A stretch of 60,391 nucleotides of DNA from Candidatus Krumholzibacteriia bacterium (GTDB taxonomy: Bacteria; Krumholzibacteriota; Krumholzibacteriia; WVZY01). The notes beneath the pieces were generated by a model. It was given only the letters and a program-made list of their open reading frames with translations, did no database searches and was not told where the DNA came from. Of this stretch, positions 25,623-35,460 are shown in pieces (position 1 is the first letter of the stretch; each line of letters begins with the position of its first letter). A program made the translations under genes and the position numbers. The DNA lies in contig JAZGDW010000093.1 of assembly GCA_036478295.1 (NCBI GenBank), positions 1-60,391 on the forward strand, in the 5' to 3' direction.

Positions 25623-27959
25623 TTAGTTCCTCTTCAGATCTACGCGGATGCGCTCGAGATTCACCTGGGCGTTTCGATTCGAGGGGTCGATCTCGAGGGC
25701 CTTCATGAATTCCTTTTCTGCCTCGGCGAACTCACCGATATTAGCATAGATCGATCCCAGGGTGAGATGCCCGTTCGCGTAGTTCGGCTCGACGGTGATC
25801 GCACGGTTACCGTACTCGCGCGCGTCGTCGAATCGACCCAGCTGCATGAACATGATGGCCAGGTTGTTCATGGCGAAGACGTCTTCGGGGTTCAACTCGA
25901 TCGCCCTGCGCAAGGCTTCCTCCGCCAGTTCGAAGCGTTTGAGCTTGCCGTAGCAGACGCCGATGTTGTTGAGCGCGGCGGGAAAATTCGGCCGCAGGGC
26001 GAGGGCCTTGTTGAACTCGGCGACAGCCTTGTCGTACTCCCCCGTCTCCTGGTAGCGCTGGCCGAGGTTGTTGTGAGCGTCCGGACTGTCTGCGCCGCCA
26101 GGCTGTGCCGGGGTGATGTAGGCGAGCGCCTCGAGCTTCTTGAGGACCTGTTCGCTCGCCGCGTCGTGGGTACCGCCGGCCAGGTCGTCGACCTCGCGTT
26201 GCCGCTGCAGCGTGGCCACGCGAGTGCGGTTAAGCCGCCCAACGAGCTTTTCGTCCATGACGGCCTCCAGCACCCTGCCGGGCATATCGGCAGGTCGCGG
26301 CAAGCCCTGCAACGCCAGCACCGTGGGAGCCACGTCCATTATCGAGGCGCCTTCGATGTGGTGACCCGCACGGATACCTTTGCCGTAGACGCATATGATG
26401 CCGTCCAGCTTGTGCCAAAACGCGGCCTTGCCCGCCCAGATCTCGGGCCGCAACCTGGGCCGCAGTTTGCCGCTCTTGAAACCGTGATCCGACACGACGA
26501 TCAACACGGTCCGCTCATCACACCACTCCAGCAACTCTCCGAGGATTTGATCCTGCAGCACGTAGGCCTGCGCGACCGCGTCCCGGAACAAGCGGTACTT
26601 CGCGTCGTCGGTGTCGGGCAGGCGCGGCGGCGCATAATGCATGAACAGATGTTTGGTCGCGTCTACCAGTTCGAAGTAGACGGCCAAAAAATCCGGTTGG
26701 CCGGCATCGAGGATATCGAGAGCAATCTTGCGGTAGCTCTGAGTCGAAGCGTAGAGCATGATCATGTTATTGATGGGGTTCTTCGGGTCGAACTCAAGAT
26801 CGCGATTCTCGAGAAACGTCTCGCGGTCTATATGTATGAACGGCTTGAACTCCTCGTAACTCACCGAGCGGCTCCTCACTACCATGCTCGAGATTTCCTC
26901 GAGCCGCTCGGGTGGAGATGCGCTGCCCGGAGAGATGCTTTCTTCATCGCCGGCATCGGCGTAGGCCAGGTAACCCACGCGGTCAGTGACCATCGTGCCG
27001 TTGATCGATTCGGCGGGGTAGGTGGCCAGCCAGCCGACGATGCTTACCGTGCGTTCGTAATCACTCAGCATGTTCCACAGCGCGTCGACTTTCCGTGACA
27101 GGCGGCTAACCGGCACGCGTTTGCCCGTCCTCGGGTCCGCAACGGTGAAATTGAGTATGCCGTGATCCTCAGGCAGCTTGCCGGTCGCCATCGTGGTCCA
27201 CAGGAGCGGTGAGAGCAGCGGCTCGATGGAGCGAAGCGGGCCGCTCGCACCGCCCTCGACTATCCTCTTGAAATTCGGCAGGCGGTTTTGCGCCATCATG
27301 CCACGCAGGATGGTCCAGTCGGCACCGTCGACACCGACAAAGATGACCTTGCGCAGCGGCTCGGGCAGGGCGTCGTCACCGGTCGCTGCTCCATCCACGG
27401 GCGCCCCCACCCGCCAATCTTCCAGCCGGTACGCCTCAACCCGCAGGCCCGCCGGCGCAAGTGTCCTTACTATTTCCTCTACCACCGCATCCCGATAACC
27501 CTCCGGCACGGCGCCATCCGCTGCGACCTCGTAGCGCGCGGTCACGATCTCGACGACATCCTGGATTATCCTCGAAAGTCCCGCGTAGAATTCGTCGCCC
27601 ACTACCTCGCGAATCGCCGCCGCCGTGCCCACTGGCGCATCGATGCGCAGGCTCAACGCCGCTCCCGCTCTGCCCCCGTTCTTGCCCAGGAGCGAATACG
27701 TCCCCACCTCGGGAAAACGGCGCTCGATCAAACCGGCGGGATATTCCAGCCAGCGGCCGGAGAAAGGCTGTGTGAAATGCAGACCCGGTCCGTATGAGTG
27801 GATCTGGCCGTCGCCGGTGACCCGCAGGGCCTGGTGCCCGGCGGGCACGCGCTTGAAACCGAGGGCCGCGACGACGAGGACCGTGGCAAGCACCAACGTT
27901 ATGAGCACGGGTCGTTTCATAATGAACACATGATACGCCATCGCGCAGCCGGTGGACAA
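25623..27959 (-). CDS. membrane-anchored SPFH/band-7-like domain + type I phosphodiesterase/alkaline-phosphatase-core domain + C-terminal TPR repeats
   Basis: TM helix PVLITLVLATVLVVAALGF, then FKRVPAGHQALRV...GPGLHFTQPF (SPFH-like). VIFVGVDGADWTILRGMM...LLSPLLWTTMATGKLPEDHGI and VVSDHGF (AlkP/NPP core). TPR: AHNNLGQRYQETGEYDKAVAEFNKALALRPNF... The start could instead be M14 at 27920 (MKRPVLI). Confidence 0.7.
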   Translation of the reverse strand: MSTGCAMAYHVFIMKRPVLITLVLATVLVVAALGFKRVPAGHQALRVTGDGQIHSYGPGLHFTQPFSGRWLEYPAGLIERRFPEVGTYSLLGKNGGRAGAALSLRIDAPVGTAAAIREVVGDEFYAGLSRIIQDVVEIVTARYEVAADGAVPEGYRDAVVEEIVRTLAPAGLRVEAYRLEDWRVGAPVDGAATGDDALPEPLRKVIFVGVDGADWTILRGMMAQNRLPNFKRIVEGGASGPLRSIEPLLSPLLWTTMATGKLPEDHGILNFTVADPRTGKRVPVSRLSRKVDALWNMLSDYERTVSIVGWLATYPAESINGTMVTDRVGYLAYADAGDEESISPGSASPPERLEEISSMVVRSRSVSYEEFKPFIHIDRETFLENRDLEFDPKNPINNMIMLYASTQSYRKIALDILDAGQPDFLAVYFELVDATKHLFMHYAPPRLPDTDDAKYRLFRDAVAQAYVLQDQILGELLEWCDERTVLIVVSDHGFKSGKLRPRLRPEIWAGKAAFWHKLDGIICVYGKGIRAGHHIEGASIMDVAPTVLALQGLPRPADMPGRVLEAVMDEKLVGRLNRTRVATLQRQREVDDLAGGTHDAASEQVLKKLEALAYITPAQPGGADSPDAHNNLGQRYQETGEYDKAVAEFNKALALRPNFPAALNNIGVCYGKLKRFELAEEALRRAIELNPEDVFAMNNLAIMFMQLGRFDDAREYGNRAITVEPNYANGHLTLGSIYANIGEFAEAEKEFMKALEIDPSNRNAQVNLERIRVDLKRN

Positions 27960-28067
27960 TCGGTCTCACGCGGGGTCTCGCGGGTGGGGTGTCGCCAACC
28001 CGCTTTTGCACTGGCAACGGCTGGTAACCCCGGGTATACTGAGCCATTTCCGAGCCGTCTCCGCCCA

Positions 28068-28985
28068 TTGAACTTCCATACGACCGTGCCGCCACCAACC
28101 ACCACACCGAAAGTAGCCGTTGTCGTCCTGACCTGGAACGGGAAATCGCTGACGATGGAGTGCCTGGAGTCGCTGGCGGCCGTGACCTGGGGCAACATGG
28201 AAACGGTGGTCGTGGACAACCACTCAACGGATGGTACCGCCGAGGCCATAAAAAGTTCCTATGGTGAGCGTGTGTCGATCCTCGTAAACCACGAGAACAT
28301 AGGGTTTTCCAGGGGCAATAACGTGGGGATAGAGCATGCGCTCGAACGGGGCGCAGACTGGGTGCTGCTTCTCAATAACGATACGATCGTCGACCCGGGG
28401 CTGGTGAGCGCGCTCGTCGAGGCGGCGGTGCGATCTCCCGACATCGGAGTGGTCGGACCCAAGATATACTACTCGGACCCCGCCGACCGCATCTGGTCGG
28501 CAGGGGGTGAGGTGTTCCTGTCCCGCGGTACGGCGCGCCACATCGGCATTCGTGAGCGCGACACGGGCCAGTACGACACGGCGCACGACGTGGACTACGT
28601 CAGCGGCTGCGCGCTGATGGCCAGCCGCGCCGTATTCGAAACGATTGGCGCGCTCGATCCTTCGTACACGGCGTACTTCGAAGACACGGATTTTTGCATG
28701 CGCGCAAGAAGGAATGGCTTCCGCGTGCGCTACGCGCCAGCGGCGATCGTGTGGCACCGGATTTCGACGAGCACCGGCGGCCAGCTAGGCAGCCGCAAGG
28801 TCATGCGCAAACTGAAAAGCAGCATAAGGTTTTTTCGCCGTTACGCCTCTCCCCATCACTGGCTGACCATACCTTTGTTTTTCGCGTTCGATGTGATTCG
28901 CATTCTGATCCTCGTTGTAACGGGGCGGATCCGGAACACGCCCGATGTGGGCGATACCTCCACGCAGAACGGCGGCGAGACATGA
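28068..28985 (+). CDS. family 2 glycosyltransferase (rhamnosyltransferase-like)
   Basis: KVAVVVLTWNG, VVVDNHSTDGT, NIGFSRGNNVG, VLLLNNDT. Start uncertain: in-frame TTG at 28068 or GTG at 28086. The track start at 27798 overlaps the divergent upstream gene. Stop overlaps the rfbD ATG (ATGA). Confidence 0.8.
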   Translation: MNFHTTVPPPTTTPKVAVVVLTWNGKSLTMECLESLAAVTWGNMETVVVDNHSTDGTAEAIKSSYGERVSILVNHENIGFSRGNNVGIEHALERGADWVLLLNNDTIVDPGLVSALVEAAVRSPDIGVVGPKIYYSDPADRIWSAGGEVFLSRGTARHIGIRERDTGQYDTAHDVDYVSGCALMASRAVFETIGALDPSYTAYFEDTDFCMRARRNGFRVRYAPAAIVWHRISTSTGGQLGSRKVMRKLKSSIRFFRRYASPHHWLTIPLFFAFDVIRILILVVTGRIRNTPDVGDTSTQNGGET

Positions 28986-29842
28986 CCATTCTCATCTTTG
29001 GCGCGGAAGGCCAACTCGGCAGCGATTTGCAGGCAACGCTTTCGCTGCACACGGTCGTCCCGGTCTACGAGAAGGACGTGGACATTGTCGACCGCGACGC
29101 GGTCAGCAAGACAGTAGCGAACGCCCAGCCGGAATGGGTCATCAACGCTGCCGCGATGACGCACGTCGACCACTGCGAGGTTGAAGACGTAAAGGCTTTC
29201 GAGGTAAACGCGCTAGGCGCCCGTCACGTCGCGGCCGCCGCGCGCTCGTCCGGATCTCGCCTCGTTCAAATCAGTACCGATTACGTATTCGATGGGTCGA
29301 AGAAAGAACCATACGTGGAGGACGATCTTCCCCGGCCCATAAACGCCTACGGCCTGTCCAAGCTCGCCGGCGAACTCTTCGTTCAAACGCTCCACGCCGA
29401 TCATTACGTCATCCGCACCAGCGGTCTCTACAGCGTTCACCCCTGCGTCGGCAAGGGCACCAACTTCGTCGACACGATGCTTCGTCTGTCCCGCGATACT
29501 GACGTCATCCGTGTCGTGGACGACGAAGTAATGGCGCCGACCCTTTCAGGTGACCTGGCCTTGCAGATTCGCGCGCTCATCGAGGCGAAACCGCCGTACG
29601 GGACATACCACGCCACCAACGCGGGTCAATGCTCATGGTACGAATTTGCGAAGGAAATCTTCAAGACAACGGGCAGCCTGGTGCGTCTGGAGAAGACCAC
29701 GGCCGCCGAATGGAACGCGCCCGCCCGGCGGCCCGCCTATTCCGTACTGGCGAACGGCGCGCTCGAGCGCGCGGGTATTCACTCGATGTCGCACTGGAAA
29801 GACGCGCTGCACCGGTATCTGGATGCGAAGTCGCCCGCCTAG
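28982..29842 (+). CDS. rfbD: dTDP-4-dehydrorhamnose reductase
   Basis: MTILIFGAEGQLGSDL (Rossmann motif), NAAAMTHVDHCE, YGLSKLAGE (YxxxK), RPAYSVL. I chose the ATG at 28982 rather than the extended track start. Confidence 0.9.
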   Translation: MTILIFGAEGQLGSDLQATLSLHTVVPVYEKDVDIVDRDAVSKTVANAQPEWVINAAAMTHVDHCEVEDVKAFEVNALGARHVAAAARSSGSRLVQISTDYVFDGSKKEPYVEDDLPRPINAYGLSKLAGELFVQTLHADHYVIRTSGLYSVHPCVGKGTNFVDTMLRLSRDTDVIRVVDDEVMAPTLSGDLALQIRALIEAKPPYGTYHATNAGQCSWYEFAKEIFKTTGSLVRLEKTTAAEWNAPARRPAYSVLANGALERAGIHSMSHWKDALHRYLDAKSPA

Positions 29843-30120
29843 AAGACCAGTGTGAAAAGGGCGACGACGGCGAACACCGCGAAAAGGACGGGAATCACGA
29901 TCACAGCGAGGATGAAAGGTAGTACACTGGAAACCGCCCACGCGGCGATGATCACCGCCGGAATCAAGAAAATCAGACCCAGCACTCCCTTGACGATCCA
30001 GAACCCCAGCTTTAACGGCAGTACGAGCAGCCAGACGAGGAGCTTGAGCACACCGATAATGATCGCGCCGACCAGGAAAATGGATCCAAGGACAACGAGA
30101 AGTTCTAGCATCGACCCCAC
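29839..30120 (-). CDS. small hydrophobic membrane protein (about 3 TM), function unknown
   Basis: 93 aa, almost entirely hydrophobic (LVVLGSIFLVGAIIIGVLKLLVWLLVLPLKLGFWIV...). No recognisable motif. Convergent 4-nt overlap with rfbD. Confidence 0.45.
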   Translation of the reverse strand: MGSMLELLVVLGSIFLVGAIIIGVLKLLVWLLVLPLKLGFWIVKGVLGLIFLIPAVIIAAWAVSSVLPFILAVIVIPVLFAVFAVVALFTLVF

Positions 30121-30215
30121 CTTCCCCGTTTCGAACAGTTATTGAGTCTTACGAAGTGAGTTCACAAATGTTACACGGCACCATCGCGGTTATTCGACCA
30201 TCCAAGGAGGCCATC

Positions 30216-32897
30216 ATGCCCGCCGTCCAAAAAGCTAGTCTAATTGTTTTACTGACAGTCGCTTGTGTGAGTTCACTCCTCGGGGCCGGCCTGCCGGTGC
30301 GGGCGGACCAACCGACCCTGCGCCCCGACCCCCTGGCGTTCGTCTCGCCAAGCCGCGACTTCGATGCCCTCCATACCCGGCTGGACATCGACCTGGACAT
30401 CGAAGGCGGACGCATTGCGGGGTCGGTGACCCACTCGCTCCGGGCGCTCAAATCGAACCTCGGCTCGATCCGGCTCAACTGCGTCGGATTGTCCGTCGAA
30501 GCGGTCACGATCGACGGCCGGCCGGTCGATTTCGAACACCCGGTCAGCGGCGAGTACGACACATCGTGGATCGAGATCTTCGAATCACGCGAACCGTCAG
30601 AGGAACTGGTCGTCTACACCGGGCGGCCGCTGCGGGCCGGCGATGAGTTCGACCTCACGATCCGCTATAGCGGCGCTCCCAAGCAGGGGCTCTACTTCAT
30701 CGCCCCCGAGAAAGGGATTCCCGAGAAGCGCCACGAAGTGTGGTCGCAGGGCGAGGGCGAGGATAACCGGCACTGGATCCCCTGTTTCGATTACCCGAAC
30801 GACAAGGCGACGTTCGACGGGATCTTCCGCGTCGACAAGGGCAATTACGTGCTCTCCAATGGAATTCTGGTCGAAACGAAGGAACTCGAGGGCAAGACCG
30901 AATTTCACTGGCGGCTTGACACACCGCAGGTGACCTATCTCATTATGGTCGCCGCGAGCCGCTACGACGTTATCGAGGAACAGTGGCGCGGAGTGTCACT
31001 CCACTATGTGGTGCCACCGAAGACGGACCCGCAAACGGTCAAGCGCGGTTACGGCCTCACCGCCGACATGATGGAGTTCTTTTCCGATTATATCGGCATC
31101 GACTACCCTTTCAAGAGGTACGCGCAGGTGGTCGTGCAGAACTTTATTTACGGCGGGATGGAAAACACCACCGCGACCGTGATGAACACGCGAACGCTCT
31201 TCGATGAGAGCGAGCAGCTCACCAACAACCAGGACGGGCTCGTCGCGCACGAGCTCGCCCACCAGTGGTGGGGCGACATGGTAACCTGCAGCGAATGGTC
31301 GCACTTGTGGCTCAACGAGGGCTTCGCGACCTATTTTCAGTCACTTTATCGGCAGCATCACCGTGGCGACGACGCCTTCCGTTACCAAATCGACAAGCGT
31401 CACCGCGGCGTCATCGAGCGGGACGACCGGGACGCCCGTCCGGTAGTCGTGGACTTCTTCAACAGGCGTGACAGCCGTAATAGCGCCAACGTCTACGTCA
31501 AGGGCAGCAGCGTCCTCCACATGCTCCGGTTCCTGCTGGGCGACGACCTCTTTCGCGAATCATTCCGCCGCTACGGCGAGCGCTTCAAGTACCAGAACGC
31601 GGAGACGAGAGACTTCATCCAGGTCGTAAAGGAGACCTCGGGTGAGAATCTGGACTGGTTCTTCGAGCAGTGGATCTATCTCGCCGGCCACCCGAAGCTC
31701 GCGGTGTCCAAGTCGTGGAGTCCTGAGACGCGAACCCTTAAGCTGAGCATCGAGCAAACACAAGAAACCGGCGAGCTCACGCCGGTGTTCCGCCTGCCGA
31801 TGGATCTGGAAATCACCTGCAAGGAGAGAACGGATACCCACCGCATCGTCCTTGACCGGAAGTCACAGGATTTCTATTTCAGCCTGCCGTCGAAACCGCT
31901 CATGGTGATTGTCGACAAGGGCGACTGGACGCTCAAGACACTGACCTTCAAGAAGCGCACACCGGAACTCCTCTACCAGCTCGAACACGGGGATGTGATG
32001 GACCAGGTGCGCGCGATTCGCGGCCTGGCGGACAAGCGGGGTGATTCCAAGGCCGTCGAGACGCTTCGCGGGGTGCTCACCGCGGATGGATTCTGGGGCA
32101 ACCGCCGGGAGGCGGCGCTGGCCCTCGGCAAGATCAAGACCGCAGACGCCGTGCAAGGATTGCTGGCGGGACTGGAGGCCGGCGAGGCGCGCGTTCGCCT
32201 GGCCGCGGCCGAGGCGATGGGGGGTATCGACGCATCCCCGAGGCTGGATGACGCGCTCTACGGCATTTTCCGAAAGGACCCCGCGTCGCGCGTGCGCGCC
32301 CGGGCAATACGGAGCCTGGCAAAAATGGAGTCCGCGCGGGCGAGGAAGGCCTGTCTGGAGGCGTTACGCATCGATTCCCATCAGGATGTGATTCGAAACG
32401 CCGGGCTCGACGGCCTGGTCACTCTCGAAGCGCTCGACGCCATCGGCAAGGTCAAAGCGCTGGCCACCTCCGGCAACCGGCGAACCCACCGGCACGCGGC
32501 GATTACCGCCTACGCCAAGCTCGCCAAGAAGCTCGACGATGACAAGGCCCGCGAGAGAGCGGCCGATTTCCTGGCCGGGATGCTGGACGACTGGTACCTG
32601 CGGACGCGCCAGACCGTGGTGGGTGCACTCGAGACGCTGGGTGAAGCGCGCGCGGTGGAGAAACTCAAGGAAACTGCGCAATCGGACCCGGTGGCGCTGG
32701 TGCGGACAAGGGCCGCGAAGGCCGCGGCGGCCATCGAGGCCCGGGGGCAAGAGACGGCGAAACGCGACGACCTGGAAGCGGAGGTTCGCCTGCTCAGCGA
32801 CAAGATCCGTACCCTCAAGAAGGACCTGGAAACGCTGCAGGCACGCATGCCGTTGGGCGGTGAAACAGAGCGCCTCTCGCGCACGGGTAACGAGTAG
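30216..32897 (+). CDS. secreted M1 aminopeptidase N-type metallopeptidase with C-terminal HEAT repeats and coiled coil
   Basis: The ATG at 30216 is preceded by aaggagg. Signal peptide MPAVQKASLIVLLTVACVSSLLGAGLPVRA. GGMEN. HELAHQWWGDMVTCSEWSHLWLNEG (HExxH-X18-E). HEAT-like ARVRLAAAEAMGGI, SRVRARAIRSLAKM. Heptad-like tail DLEAEVRLLSDKIRTLKKDLETLQ. Confidence 0.9.
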   Translation: MPAVQKASLIVLLTVACVSSLLGAGLPVRADQPTLRPDPLAFVSPSRDFDALHTRLDIDLDIEGGRIAGSVTHSLRALKSNLGSIRLNCVGLSVEAVTIDGRPVDFEHPVSGEYDTSWIEIFESREPSEELVVYTGRPLRAGDEFDLTIRYSGAPKQGLYFIAPEKGIPEKRHEVWSQGEGEDNRHWIPCFDYPNDKATFDGIFRVDKGNYVLSNGILVETKELEGKTEFHWRLDTPQVTYLIMVAASRYDVIEEQWRGVSLHYVVPPKTDPQTVKRGYGLTADMMEFFSDYIGIDYPFKRYAQVVVQNFIYGGMENTTATVMNTRTLFDESEQLTNNQDGLVAHELAHQWWGDMVTCSEWSHLWLNEGFATYFQSLYRQHHRGDDAFRYQIDKRHRGVIERDDRDARPVVVDFFNRRDSRNSANVYVKGSSVLHMLRFLLGDDLFRESFRRYGERFKYQNAETRDFIQVVKETSGENLDWFFEQWIYLAGHPKLAVSKSWSPETRTLKLSIEQTQETGELTPVFRLPMDLEITCKERTDTHRIVLDRKSQDFYFSLPSKPLMVIVDKGDWTLKTLTFKKRTPELLYQLEHGDVMDQVRAIRGLADKRGDSKAVETLRGVLTADGFWGNRREAALALGKIKTADAVQGLLAGLEAGEARVRLAAAEAMGGIDASPRLDDALYGIFRKDPASRVRARAIRSLAKMESARARKACLEALRIDSHQDVIRNAGLDGLVTLEALDAIGKVKALATSGNRRTHRHAAITAYAKLAKKLDDDKARERAADFLAGMLDDWYLRTRQTVVGALETLGEARAVEKLKETAQSDPVALVRTRAAKAAAAIEARGQETAKRDDLEAEVRLLSDKIRTLKKDLETLQARMPLGGETERLSRTGNE

Positions 32898-33030
32898 GCG
32901 CCTCGGCAAGTTTTTTTGACTTTTCTCAAGAATTTGTTGATTTTGAGAAATGTTTCACATAGGTTGTTTGTGGGTTGACTTGGCTAAATGTTTCACTTAA
33001 CGTGCAGTAGTTAATCTGAATCATCGGTGA

Positions 33031-33321
33031 ATGAACGAGCCAGCATTTTGCTGGATCCCTTCGTTTAGCGTCTCCTTGAAAAAAAAGAAAGACCAAAACC
33101 GCTTTGAGGGTGTGCGCCAGGCCGGTTTGTTATCAACAATTCCAGCGCTGCTGGCGATCTCCCCGTTGATTGGCTTTTTTTTCGGCCGCTTTCTGGATGG
33201 CAAGTTCAATTCGGATCCAGTTTTCACCATCATCTTCTTGATCCTGGGATTCGTTGCCGGAGCAATGCAGACGGCGCGGATCATCAGGCTCGCAAACCGA
33301 GACTTGGACAAGAAGGACTAG
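33031..33321 (+). CDS. AtpZ/AtpI-family small membrane protein (ATP synthase gene-1 type)
   Basis: Two TM helices with LLSTIPALLAISPLIGFFFGRFLDGKFNSDPVFTIIFLILGFVAGAM, the pattern of ATPase_gene1 proteins. First gene of the atp operon. Confidence 0.6.
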   Translation: MNEPAFCWIPSFSVSLKKKKDQNRFEGVRQAGLLSTIPALLAISPLIGFFFGRFLDGKFNSDPVFTIIFLILGFVAGAMQTARIIRLANRDLDKKD

Positions 33322-33325
33322 GATC

Positions 33326-33742
33326 GTGGGCCTGGAGTTCCTGCAGCGAGTACGAAGAACAGCCGTCATCACGGGACTGATTCTCTTTCCCTTCATCACC
33401 CTCTACCTGGGCCTGGCGGCCGGCGTCGCATGGGTTCTCGGGGTGGCATGGTCGCTGGTGAACATTTACTTCATCGGCCTGTTGGTGCGATTCACCTATG
33501 TGGACGGGAAAAAACAACGGCTGCGCCCCGCGCTCGGTCTTCTGGTCAAGGTACCGGTACTTTATTTTGTCGGTTTCCTGTTGCTAAGGAGCTCCTTGCC
33601 TGATCTCGGGTTGCTCGCCGGGTTCACGTGGCCGCTCTCCGTGATCGCGCTGAAATCTGCGGCCCGGCTCATCCTTAAACTGGACGACCCGAACCACACT
33701 GCTTTGAACGCCAGACCGAACTTGATTCGTAAGAGCAGATAG
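33326..33742 (+). CDS. atpI: ATP synthase protein I (AtpI-like membrane protein)
   Basis: In-frame GTG at 33326, just after the upstream stop and an agaaggac RBS-like stretch. 138 aa, 4 hydrophobic segments. Sits immediately before atpB. Confidence 0.55.
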   Translation: MGLEFLQRVRRTAVITGLILFPFITLYLGLAAGVAWVLGVAWSLVNIYFIGLLVRFTYVDGKKQRLRPALGLLVKVPVLYFVGFLLLRSSLPDLGLLAGFTWPLSVIALKSAARLILKLDDPNHTALNARPNLIRKSR

Positions 33743-33753
33743 CGGTTACCAAT

Positions 33754-34578
33754 ATGGACAAACTCTTTAGCGGCTTTGCCGTGGCGCTAGCCGCCGCGCA
33801 GGAAACCCCCGGCGGCGGTGAGCAGCACGAGCTTCCCAATTTTCTGACCGTCGTAATCGAACTCCTGGGCGGAAACAGCGCCGCGGAGTTCCTGCACCGG
33901 TGGGAAAACGTCATCTTTTCACTGATTATCATCGGGGTGCTGGTGCTCTTCGCCAGGGCGGCGTCGCGAAACCCCAAGATGGTACCCGGCGGACTGCAAA
34001 ACGTCGTCGAGTTGATCGTCGAGACGCTCGAGAACTTCATCGTCGGCGTCATCGGCCCGCGCGGCCGCAAGTTCGTTCCTTTTCTCGGCACCCTGTTCCT
34101 GTACATCTACTTCATGAACATAAGCGGCCTGATTCCGTTGATGAAATCGCCGTCGGCGAGCATCAACACCACGGTGGCGCTTGCGTTGTGCGTCTTTTTT
34201 TACGTCCAATATACCGGCATAAGAGAGAACGGCATCATTGGCTACGTAGACCACCTGATGGGCCAGCCACGCAACCTCATGCAGTGGGCGTTCGTGCCCC
34301 TCATGCTGCCGATCCACATCATCGGTGAGTTCGCCAAGCCGATGAGTCTCTCGCTGCGTCTCTTCGGCAACGTAACCGGCGAGGACATTTTGATTTTTAT
34401 TTTTGTGAGCCTCGGTGTGACGGTGATGAGTTTTACGCATGCTCCCATCGGGCTGCCGCTGCAGCTCCCGTTCATTTTTCTCGCTTTGTTGACCAGCTTT
34501 ATTCAAGCGCTCGTTTTCATGTTGTTGAGTACGATCTACTTCGCGATGATGCTGCCCCATGAGGAAGAGCAGCACTAA
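33754..34578 (+). CDS. atpB: F-type ATP synthase Fo subunit a
   Basis: 274 aa polytopic. MSLSLRLFGNVTGEDIL contains the conserved Arg of the a-subunit LRLFGN motif. Confidence 0.9.
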   Translation: MDKLFSGFAVALAAAQETPGGGEQHELPNFLTVVIELLGGNSAAEFLHRWENVIFSLIIIGVLVLFARAASRNPKMVPGGLQNVVELIVETLENFIVGVIGPRGRKFVPFLGTLFLYIYFMNISGLIPLMKSPSASINTTVALALCVFFYVQYTGIRENGIIGYVDHLMGQPRNLMQWAFVPLMLPIHIIGEFAKPMSLSLRLFGNVTGEDILIFIFVSLGVTVMSFTHAPIGLPLQLPFIFLALLTSFIQALVFMLLSTIYFAMMLPHEEEQH

Positions 34579-34599
34579 CCACCAAGAGGAGGAAACGCA

Positions 34600-34836
34600 A
34601 TGGATTATCAAGCGATGTTGGCTTTGGCACTCCCCATCGGTATCGGTTTCGCCGCCATCGGCAGCGGTATCGGACTCGGCCGTGCCGTGGGGTCCGCCAT
34701 GGAGGCCATCGGCCGCCAGCCGGAGGCGTCGGCCAAGATCCAGACCGCAATGATTATCGGCGCGGCCTTGATCGAAGCGCTCACAATTTACGCACTGGTC
34801 ACAATGTTCATGCTCAAAGGCCTGATCGGCCACTGA
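34600..34836 (+). CDS. atpE: F-type ATP synthase Fo subunit c
   Basis: 78-aa hairpin with GIGLGRAVGSAMEAIGRQPE loop and the carboxylate helix IIGAALIEALTIYALV. Confidence 0.92.
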   Translation: MDYQAMLALALPIGIGFAAIGSGIGLGRAVGSAMEAIGRQPEASAKIQTAMIIGAALIEALTIYALVTMFMLKGLIGH

Positions 34837-34919
34837 TCAATTCGCGCCCATCCGCTTGACCCGGCGGTCACCCGGTTTCGTTTCCTGTGACCGTGGGTCG
34901 CATCGGCAAGGAGCTCAAC

Positions 34920-35402
34920 ATGAACATTGATCCAGCGCAAATAGTCACACACATACTCGGCTTCCTGCTCGCGTTGTGGTTGCTGAAGCGTTACGCCTGG
35001 GAAAGCGTCCTCGGCTTCGTGCAGAAACGCCGCGACACCATCGCTGCTTCGTTCGAACAAATCGAGCAGGACCGGACCGCCGTCGCCGCTCAGAAGGAGC
35101 AATACGACCAGGAACTGCTCAAGATCGAAGATACTCGGCGGGAGCGGATCCAGGAGGCGGCGCGCGAGGCCGAATCGCTGGCCAACGAGATCAAGGAAGA
35201 GGCTCGTAAAGAGGCGTTGACCGCGCGTGAAAAGGCAAAACAGGATATCGCCCTCGAGCTCGACAAAGCAAACGAGATTCTCAAGGACCGCATTATCGAC
35301 GCGGTGATCCATACGACCGAGAAGTTGATCCTGGAGCGGCTGGACAAGAAGAAACACAGCGAACTCATCGACCGGTTCCTCTCCACGGTAAAGGCGGGCT
35401 AA
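34920..35402 (+). CDS. atpF: F-type ATP synthase Fo subunit b
   Basis: The ATG at 34920 is preceded by aaggag. N-terminal TM helix IVTHILGFLLALWLLKRYAW followed by a long charged helix. Confidence 0.85.
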   Translation: MNIDPAQIVTHILGFLLALWLLKRYAWESVLGFVQKRRDTIAASFEQIEQDRTAVAAQKEQYDQELLKIEDTRRERIQEAAREAESLANEIKEEARKEALTAREKAKQDIALELDKANEILKDRIIDAVIHTTEKLILERLDKKKHSELIDRFLSTVKAG

Positions 35403-35460
35403 TGAAGACCTCGGCTGCAACCCGACTGACCGTGGCCAAGGCCCACACAAAGGAGTCGCA

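Noticed and set aside
25149-27098. 649-aa plus-strand ORF
   Set aside because: It is antisense to gpmI and the SPFH-phosphodiesterase-TPR gene. The composition is low-complexity Arg/Val/Gly/His and no domain motif is visible.
32891-32917. Possible intrinsic terminator after the M1-HEAT aminopeptidase (cgag...ctcg followed by a run of seven T)
   Set aside because: The stem is only 4 bp with a 7-nt loop, too weak to call. The T-run may simply be part of the AT-rich atp promoter region.
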